A stretch of 64,000 nt of DNA from Chrysomallon squamiferum (Eukaryota; Animalia; Mollusca). Positions within the stretch are counted from its first letter, which is position 1. Every line of letters starts with the position of its first letter. Below the pieces are notes generated by a model that saw only the letters and a list, made by a program, of their open reading frames with translations, did no database searches and had not been told where the DNA came from. Both the position numbers and the translations under genes were made by a program. Shown piece by piece: positions 29,401-64,000 of this stretch. The stretch is from assembly GCA_012295275.1 (NCBI GenBank), contig CM022673.1, positions 5,332,001-5,396,000 of the forward strand. Reading direction: 5' to 3'.

Positions 29401-29503
29401 GTGACATCGTGGAAACTGTTTGATAGTCATGTTTCATACAGGATAATTGGCGATCAGTGCATGTGTATTTCGTTTTTTTAGCCTCAGCCATTTTTGGGGG
29501 ATT

Positions 29504-55063
<25,560 letters not shown>

Positions 55064-55658
55064 CACCGAACACGATCGGAATCCTCCGGGTGGGGAATCT
55101 ACATACAAAAGCGGGTCCAGTAATTCTTTAGAGGTGGGGGCGCCATCGTGATGGCAGAAATAATGTTTCCTTATGATGACGAAACATCATCAACAACAAC
55201 AACAACAACAACAACAGCATATGTGGGGTATTAATTAAGACCCCGAAATCGTCCGAACGATCGAACACCACCGACAAGACTATAGGACGTCCTTGTCTGA
55301 AGTAATGATTGGATCATTTTGCCTTATCCGAAAAAAAGTGTTTGCCAAAAATGGCCTTTACGGGGGCTAATGTTTTCCGTAGTCGGGTGCATCATTAAGT
55401 TCAAATCTGACCTTCGTATTAGACAATCCATTTGTAAAAGCACATTGTGATATGTAAATATTTGTAAATCATTTATTATTTTATTATAACCGTTTATAAA
55501 AGATAATGATTATGTTCTGGTCTGCAATTATGAATTCGTTTTATATATCCTTTAAGACATACTCTGAAACCAAGAATACTGTTAAATTTATAAATGTTTA
55601 ACTGAAACCAAAGGTAATATATATATATTATTAATTATTTTAATTTTGTTTTTAAATC

Positions 55659-55755
<97 letters not shown>

Positions 55756-56847
55756 TGTTGCTAGTTAACTAAATTAAATATCCTTCAATCATTGCCGTAC
55801 AGATGCAATTTATGCCTCGGAAAATTAATATTCTTCCCCATCTACACACACACACACACACACACACATGCACATATATTTGTTTAGTTTGCTTAAATTT
55901 TTACTTTTAATATTACATAATACATACACACAGGCATAATACGCACAGACACACAGACATGTATATGTTTTATTATATTTTTCTTCTTTTTAGATACTGA
56001 AAAAAAAAATAACAATTTTCATACGAGTGTGCACTGACATAGGAATGATAACAACATTATGATTAACCTAACATAGTGAAACACAGAATTTATTTACATG
56101 AAGTCGTAAAGTTAAAAAATATATATTTTTATGCAAACATAATTAAAATTTTGCTATTTAAGAATAATGTATTTTTGTTCTTAACGCGGTCTGCTTCTTC
56201 GTCTTTGCAAACATATAAAACACGCACCTACTAACGCACGCACCTCAGCACAGACTTACATATACAGAAGTAAAGCTTAGCTGTTCATGATGGATATTGA
56301 CAAAAAAATATACAAGATTTACAGCTGCGTGGTTTTCGTGAATAACAGCAGTTAAAAAATAGACAATAAACAAAAACACAACAGAAATAAAAAAAATTAA
56401 AAAATAACAAAAAAGTAAATAAATAAATACATAAATAAATAAATAAAATAAAATAAATACAATGAAATAAAATAACAGTAGAATACGTGAGGACTCAGTC
56501 TTTATAGAGTAATAGGTATATATTACGAATTTTCTTAACTCAGGAAAGGCAACTCTGTACGTAACTTTTAATAGAACAGAACTGTAATTAAGGATTGAGA
56601 ATATAAATGTAAGTTAACAAGATAACTCAGTCTTTAAATGATATTTGCATTTATACTTAATATTCATATCCTAATATAATTGCATCACTGATATTCACAC
56701 TGTAGATAATAAAAAAATGGCTGTACTTCTTCATCTTTGGCAAATCACAAAACAAAAATGAAATAAATTAATGAATGTATTTATGCACATAATTATACAT
56801 AAATAAGACATACATATATACATAATCACATACATTCATAAAAACAG

Positions 56848-56878
<31 letters not shown>

Positions 56879-57445
56879 CATACATATGTACAGACACAAA
56901 CAGACACATATATACAAACATGCATCTCTTTTCTACATAAAAGCGTTATGAAAATAATTCTTTAACTCCTGACCTTTGTTCTTTGACCTTCAGTGATAAT
57001 TATCAGTACTTTATTTTTACGTTAATGTCCATCTTTTTCATTTCATTTCTGAATCGGTATCAATGATATTTTGAGTCCTTATGTTATTTTGTATAACTGT
57101 TATGTTTTGATTCGTAATCAAGTAATTTTTAATCATTATTATATTATTACTTTCATACCATTTTGGATGTTTTTCAATTTTTAGTGAATTATTGAATCAA
57201 TATCAAGTTATTTTGAATGAATATGTTATTTTTAATTGTTATTGTGAATTTGAATAATCATGTTATTTTCATTTTTAATCTTTGTGATGTCATTCTGAAA
57301 CAGCACGGTGCTGCTGTTTCGAATTAATGTGTTATTTTCAGTCATTCATCTAAAACTCTTGTCATGATGTGTTATTATTCACATTTCATTTTAGTAGTCA
57401 CTGTTATGAATCACTGTCGTGATATTTTGAATCACTGTTGAGTTA

Positions 57446-58289
57446 CCGTAGGTCCTGACCGTTAAGTCCGTCGACCCATTAAACCGAGGTCTAAAATATC
57501 ACAATTTATGGTAGAGGCGTCCAGGATGCCGACCTAAAATCTTAACTTGTCCGTGCAGGATTTTCAGGTGAAACCAAACGTTCTGAAAGCATGAAATAGC
57601 AAAGAAACCAGGAAGTATTTTCATGGGAACAGTGAAAAGTTTTTGAAAGACAAAGTCGCGTTTCGAAACGATGAGAAAATTACTGAAATAAATATTATTA
57701 TTTAAACGGAAATGTATTGTTTTCGTAATTCTTCATTTTCACAAATGTTTAGTGTCAACTTTCAATAGCTCAAGGCAATTTATAAATATCGTTCACGCAT
57801 CATAAACTGTACCTGCACATATAGAACCGCAAAACTTCAGTTAACAACGTGATTGTACATTTAATGAAAAATTTCGACTACTGGTATTACAACACTCTTC
57901 TACGAAACCAAGGTTTCTACGCCTCCAAACAGACAAACGAAAGAGATACGACATTGCCTTAAAATTTAAAAGTCGTGAAATGCGCTCCAACAACAACTCT
58001 GAACAGTAATGCATTAATGAATTATTATTTTCATCCTATATAACCTATATTTTTTCCGTGACTTTCAAATGACGATGTTGTTGACGTTCTTTGATTACGA
58101 CCTGGCATCCGTCGGCTTATAAACAGACAAAACAGCGAATAAACGGCTGCTAACACCTTCTGAAATATCTCCCCCCCCCCGATGACCGGATTTCTTGCCA
58201 CTGAAACAGCATCGGTCGTTAAGTCGACTTAGAACAATAGGGCTAAAAATATTGACTCAAAGAATAGACTTAATTGCCCGGACCTACGG
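57446..58289. mobile_element. Non-autonomous Tc1/mariner/pogo-type DNA transposon (MITE), 844 bp
   Basis: Left end TA|CCGTAGGTCCTGACCGTTAAGTC; reverse complement of right end TA|CCGTAGGTCCGGGCAATTAAGTC (19/23 TIR identity). TA target duplication at 57444-57445 and 58290-58291. No transposase ORF. Confidence 0.8.
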
Positions 58290-58522
58290 TATTGTTTCTT
58301 GTGTTTATAATAATGTGTCTCAAATCTTAACTTGCTTCATTATCAAATGGGACCGAACATGTTTTAACGTTTTTACTTTTTATTTATTTTCTATTTTAGC
58401 CAGATTCTGCAAAAGACTCAAAAATAACAACCATAAATCGTTTGCTCAGAATTATTTTAAGCGTAGGTTAAGTTTCTGCAATGGATGAAATCGTTAGGTG
58501 AATGTAAAATTAATTAGAATGG

Positions 58523-58553
<31 letters not shown>

Positions 58554-58707
58554 TAATAATAATAATAATATAACGTACAGTCTTTAACAAATCACACAAC
58601 AGTTATAGATATACAGTAGTTAATCAGTTATATTCACGCTCATACACATACAAAACAGATGTTAAACGCACATATTGGTTGTTTTGTTTTCTGTTATACA
58701 TGTGATC

Positions 58708-58745
<38 letters not shown>

Positions 58746-60687
58746 ACATTATATATCGTACAAATTAATATAAACCATAACCAGTTTAATAATCGGACTT
58801 TCTGATTATATACTGTCGTTCTTTAATAATTATTTGATATTTTTGTCTATGCAGCATTTTGAAAATTTTTTTTTTTTTTTTTTTTTTTTTGGATGAGTAT
58901 ATTGTTTTCTTGTGATTTTTTTTTTTCTCCGTCATTGTTTTGTTTTGTTTGTTTTTTGGTTTGTTCGTTGTTTTTTTGTAATTTTGGTTATTTAGAGGAA
59001 TTAAGAATGAGAGGAATGTAATGCAAGTGAACAGGGGATGATAATGTTTGGTTATTTTTGTAATTAACGGGTTTTCGTATTTTGTTCAGAAACTGCGAGA
59101 TTCTGTTACGAGTATTTTTGTTGTTCGTTTTGTAAAACAAAGAAAAAAATTTTGTTCTCGTTTTGAAGAACATCAAAATAAAATTATTTCTATCATATTT
59201 TGTTGTCTTATTACAGATAAAATTATATTATTATATTACATTATAACACCCTCATCATTACAAATATTATTATTATTATAATACAAATACTTCTACTGCC
59301 GCTACCGCCATTACTACTACAACTACGACTTCCACTACTGCTCTTCTGTTACTACAGCTACCGTAACGAATTATTATGACATTTACTATAACTACTTAAA
59401 ACAACCACTATAAGTACTTAAAACAACTATACCTACACATACAACAAGTACTACTATACATACAACAAGTATTATTAATATGAATATTTACTACTACTAC
59501 TACTACTACTGCCATAGCGATGTTTTCTGTCACCGTCACCAATGTTGTTATTACTGTTAATGTTATTATTTATAAGGTAAAATAGGAGTAAGTAACTAAC
59601 ATAAATAAATAAATAAATGTTTATATTAATATTTAGAATCTTTTCGACAGAAAAAGGATTCTGTTACACTTTTTGGGTGCATCGACGTTATATTTCAGAA
59701 AATACCTCTATTTTTAATTTATTTTTTTCTATTTAATAAACAACAACAAAAACAACCACAAACCAAAAAATAAATGTAAATTAATGCTGAATAGAAAATT
59801 GATTAAATAAACGAACAAATAAATAAATAAATAAAATAATGGATGGATGAATGAATGAATGAATGAATTAATGAATAAATAAATAAATAAATAAATAAAT
59901 AAATAGTATAAAAAATAATAATAATATAAAAAATAAAATGAAATAAAATAAAATAAAATAAAATAAAATAAAATAAAATAAAATAAAATGAAATAAAATA
60001 AAATGAAATACGTCAAAATAAAATAAATCAAAATAAAAATAAAAATGAAATAAAACAAAACAAAACATTTAACCACCCAAACTCTGCAAAAGATATATTA
60101 CTCGTCTCACTAAATTTAATACCTCATTACCATAAGTACATTTCAAAATACCTGGACCATGTCTAACAGAAACGACAGCTACGATCCAGCCGCTGCTAAA
60201 ACAACATCCATTTGTTTCACTTCTTGTCCTAATTGAAAAGAATAACCAAGACCAGCAACTGAGTTAATACTCTAATTCACCTTCACACTTGCACCGATAA
60301 CGAAGGGGGGTGTAACAACAAAACAAAAAAAATAATAATACATTGCTAAGGGCTACTCAGGAATGCTGTTCGTTATGCTTCGCTAACCTTATAACAAAGC
60401 GAGACTTTCCTATCCTATAAATGAATTCAGAAACAAACAAACAAAAAAAAAAAACAAAAAAAAAAAAAAAAAAAACAGAAGAAAACAAAGAAGAGTTATG
60501 ACCATAGAAACCTCGTTATATTAAAGACTGTCTTGAATCTGTTTATCGAAGGAAATAAAAAGGCGTGGACGTTTTCTGGGCAGATTTAAAGAGCTGAGCA
60601 CCTTGAGACGAGTGCAGTGCTGTCTTCGGCAAGAACGCTAAGAGATTAATTGCGAATTTCTTGTTAATCGGGTATCTGAACTTGACA

Positions 60688-60831
60688 ATGGAGCCGACTA
60701 GGTTTGCTGAGAACACGAGCGAAGAGGATCAGATAAGAAGCTACACGACGGCTCAGCGGTACAATGAAAAAGGAATTGGATTTGATAAACTGATGGAAGT
60801 TTATCAAGAAACATGCACTCAGTATGATAAG
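60688..60831 (+). CDS. Methyltransferase exon 1 (MEPTRFAENT...EVYQETCTQYDK)
   Basis: ACAATGG start context and AAG|GTAAAT donor in phase 0. Confidence 0.85.
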
Positions 60832-61699
60832 GTAAATCCAGTTTTCATTTTTCGAATGTTTTTTGGGGTAAAGTGATTTCTTCTAAAACTTCCTTAGATC
60901 GCTAAGTTACAGATAATCACAAAGTGTGTTTGTCCGAAAATGATATAAAAAGATTGTTTTCAGAGTAATAATTAATGTATGATAAGTACGAGAAATCTTT
61001 TAATATGTATATAAGTCAGTAAGTAAGTAAGTAAATAAATAAAATTAATTAAACTAAATAAAATATATAAAACAAAAAATAAAATAAAATAAAATAATAT
61101 TTAAAATAATAAATAAATAACTAAATAACTAAACTAAACTAAACTAAACTAAACTAAACTAAACTAAACTAAACTAAACTAAACTAAACTAAACTAAGCT
61201 AAACTAAACTAAACTAAGCTAAGCTAAGCTAAGCTAAGCTAAACGAAACGAAACGAAACGAAACGAAGAAACGAAACGAAACGAAACTAAACCTTACTAA
61301 ATAAACAAACATTTTATCTCTCACGTTACGCTATATTTTATTTCTTCTAGAATTCCAGTGTAGCTGATTACAACGGACCAAGATACGTGGCTGAAACTGT
61401 GGCAGAACTGTTTCCCGAAAACCGAAACCAAATAAAGATTCTGGACGCAGCTTGTGGGACCGGTCTGGTAGGACTTGAGGTAAGTCTGATGTTAACTGTA
61501 TTTTAAAATGTCGTGTACTGATGTTTGCTTAAAGCCATTGATTGTGCGCGTTTTGAATTTTCCTATTTCATGATGGCGTGTATAAGCTACGTATTTTTTT
61601 TACTATTTGTTAACATGTTTGCAAGATGCGTAGAATTCCTGAAATGGATTGTTTTAAATGATGTAGGTTTCGATAGAGAGCATAACGATTAATTTTTCA

Positions 61700-61762
<63 letters not shown>

Positions 61763-62323
61763 AATAAATGAAAGAAAATATTTTTACCTTTCGGAAATTC
61801 TACGCTGTATATCGAAAATAAATTATCATTTGCATTCATTGTTGGGTTTTTTTAAAGTACAGTATGTAATAATTACTTGTTCAGTCATTTTGATTTCGTT
61901 TTAATCAGTAACCAGTTTTAATGCTCATTTTTCGTAATACTGTTGTGTGTGTGTGTGTGTAATATAGCATAATATGGTATAGTATAATTACTACAGTACT
62001 TAAAATGCCTACTTGGAAATCTTATAGGAAAGAGGGAAAAATAAGAAGCGATTCACAAAACATTGGAAATGCGTATTTTATTGCTGTTAAAACTAAGTTT
62101 CTAATCCAATTTACTAGAATATTAGAATATTTAGAACAGTCTCTTAAAAAGTTAACGTTTCTCTTTCAAGCTGACTAAACTTGGATTTAAAAACATTGAT
62201 GGCGTCGATATCTCAGAGGGAATGTTGAACGAAGCGAGAAAGAAAAACGTCTACCAGAAACTGATCTGTCAGTTCCTAGGAGAAAACAAGCTGGGAATCA
62301 ACGAACGTAAAGAATATTTATAT

Positions 62324-62415
<92 letters not shown>

Positions 62416-63487
62416 TTCACAGAGAAAGCACCAATTAGTGAAGGTATAACTCAGAAAAGTAGTGATTTATAAACAGTTTCTCTATACGACTTTAAAGCTA
62501 TCTTATCTTTCTCTGTATATCTCTAAATGTAATTTCTGTGATTTGTATGTGTATTTTTTAAAGGTGTGTACGATGTTGTGACTATCTGCGGAGCTTTTGC
62601 GGAAAGTCATTTACCGTGTGCGGCAATAGAAGAACTCATTTCAGTGATAAAACAAGGTTTGTTCATTAATACAAAAAATCTTTAATTATAAGGCAAAAAT
62701 TCTTGAGGTCATTTTTGACAAAATTTTGAAATGAGAGATGCAAATAATGCATATTCCTGTTTCACTGTAATTATCATGATTCGTAGATGTGTGATGGTTT
62801 TCTTAAGATGTAGAGAAATAACATACTTATGATTGCGGATTTTGAAATGTTTGTTTTTTTTGTTTTGTTTTTTTTGTATATTATTTTTTTCTTGTTTATT
62901 TACTTACTCTTGCATTTTTATTTTAATGTAATTTTCTTAATATTTTATATCTATTAATTAATTTTTTTTATGGATATCTTGTCTTTATGTTAATTAATCA
63001 ATTAATTTTTTTTTATTTTTTTTATTCTATTTATCACATCCCGTTTTATTTTATTTTTTTATTACTTATATATTATTTTTGATTATATATAATTATTTTG
63101 TTCGTACATATATTTATTTTTTTATAACTTTGTGTTTTTCATTTAATTATTTATGTATTTATTTTTATTTTCAATTCAGTCCTATTCATTCTTTTGTAAA
63201 TTTTTATTCTACTTAATAAACAGTCAGGACGTTATCGTCATTTGGTTGTTGGTCTGTTTCTTGACCCCAATTTAATCCTGTGCATTGTAAACATTATTTC
63301 AGGAGGGCTGATAATAAATTCAACGAGACAAGAACATTTCGACAACGTTGAAGAATACAAGAAAAATGCCAAACCTCTTTTCCAGAAACTGACAGACGAA
63401 GGAACATGGAAACTGGAAACGGAGAAACACATGACCAATTACATATTCGGAAGAGATGGATTAATGTTGATTCACAGAATTCTGTAA
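60688..63487 (+). CDS. METTL27: Class I SAM-dependent methyltransferase, METTL27/WBSCR27-like; 5 exons, 228 aa
   Basis: join(60688-60831,61351-61479,62171-62306,62564-62656,63303-63487) = 687 nt, phases 0,0,1,1. Motif I ILDAACGTGLVG, post-I IDGVDISEGML-x2-A-x2-K-x-VY, motif II YDVVTICGAF-x3-HL, and KQGGLII. The N-terminal Y-x6-YD..Y-x-GP pattern is typical of WBSCR27-like proteins. Orthology versus paralogy is not established. Confidence 0.88.
61128..61291 (+). repeat. Compound pentamer array (CTAAA)n-(CTAAG)n-(CGAAA)n
   Basis: Directly visible in methyltransferase intron 1. Confidence 0.92.
61351..61479 (+). CDS. Methyltransferase exon 2 (SAM-binding motif I)
   Basis: TTCTTCTAG acceptor and GAG|GTAAGT donor; NSSVADYNGPRY...ILDAACGTGLVGLE. 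Confidence 0.93.
62171..62306 (+). CDS. Methyltransferase exon 3
   Basis: CTCTTTCAAG acceptor and GTAAAG donor; LTKLGFKNIDGVDISEGMLNEARKKNVYQKL. Confidence 0.92.
62564..62656 (+). CDS. Methyltransferase exon 4
   Basis: TTTTTTAAAG acceptor and AAG|GTTTGT donor; VYDVVTICGAFAESHLPCAAIEELISVIKQ. Confidence 0.92.
63303..63487 (+). CDS. Methyltransferase exon 5 to stop
   Basis: TTTCAG acceptor; GGLIINSTRQEH...GLMLIHRIL*. Confidence 0.9.
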
Positions 63488-63611
63488 AAAAAACAACAAC
63501 AAACAATTAACAACCCGGTTATGTGTGTATCTGATACATACAATACTGACAGAAACGTTTTAACGATTCATACTTCTTCAAAAATAGAAGACAGTTGATG
63601 TATACGATTAA

Positions 63612-63617
63612 AATAAA
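63612..63617 (+). terminator. Candidate polyadenylation signal of the methyltransferase gene (second AATAAA at 63835-63840)
   Basis: First AATAAA ~125 nt after the stop, followed by T-rich sequence. AATAAA is common in this AT-rich DNA. Confidence 0.35.
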
Positions 63618-64000
63618 AGATTAAGTTTTATATAATTTTGATTTGATTGAATTCGTTCATTGAAATACTGCTTTAGAACGCTCAGTACGTAAACAAATAT
63701 ATTAAATGATCTATTTAAAATTAATATATGTGTATCTATATCTATTGCTATAGCTATAGCTATCTATCAATATACATATATACATACATATATATTCTAG
63801 TAAACTGGAGTAGAAACTTAGTTTAACAGTTAGCAATAAAAATGTATTTTCCATGTTGATGAATCATTTCATATTTTTCTTTTCCCCTCTTCATTCCATA
63901 AGATTTCCAAGTAGTTATTTTAAGTACTGTAGTACTGTTCAGTGTTATGATATATATAATATATATATATATAATCTTCGCAACCAGAACAAACATATGA

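Noticed and set aside
55173-55190. ATGATGACGAAA as a hammerhead or SECIS-like motif
   Set aside because: It lacks the CUGANGA core and SECIS geometry, and the gene has no in-frame TGA.
58195-58488. 97-aa ORF overlapping the MITE right end
   Set aside because: It has a non-ATG start, crosses the element boundary and shows no transposase motifs.

Overview
This is AT-rich, microsatellite-saturated eukaryotic genomic DNA. The repeat landscape suggests a mollusc, possibly a cephalopod, but that is inference only. Two intact + strand multi-exon genes can be assembled by hand from GT-AG junctions with consistent phases. (1) A 13-coding-exon class B1 (secretin-family) GPCR, CDS 29504-55063, 1620 nt / 539 aa, with PTH-receptor/glucagon-receptor-like motifs. 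(2) A 5-exon class I SAM methyltransferase of the METTL27/WBSCR27 type, CDS 60688-63487, 687 nt / 228 aa. The first ~24 kb contains no recognisable protein gene, and almost all ORFs in the supplied track are microsatellite artefacts. Other items of note: a possible spliced ORF or 5' leader upstream of the GPCR (24940-26469) with prohormone-like dibasic sites; an RTE-type LINE 5' end with a partly HDV-ribozyme-like layout (~12050-12219, minus); a 38-bp-stem hairpin (8383-8485); a TA-flanked TIR MITE (57446-58289); and a 1.5-kb pentamer satellite with an internal block duplication. Family assignments rest on recalled motifs; no database search was run.
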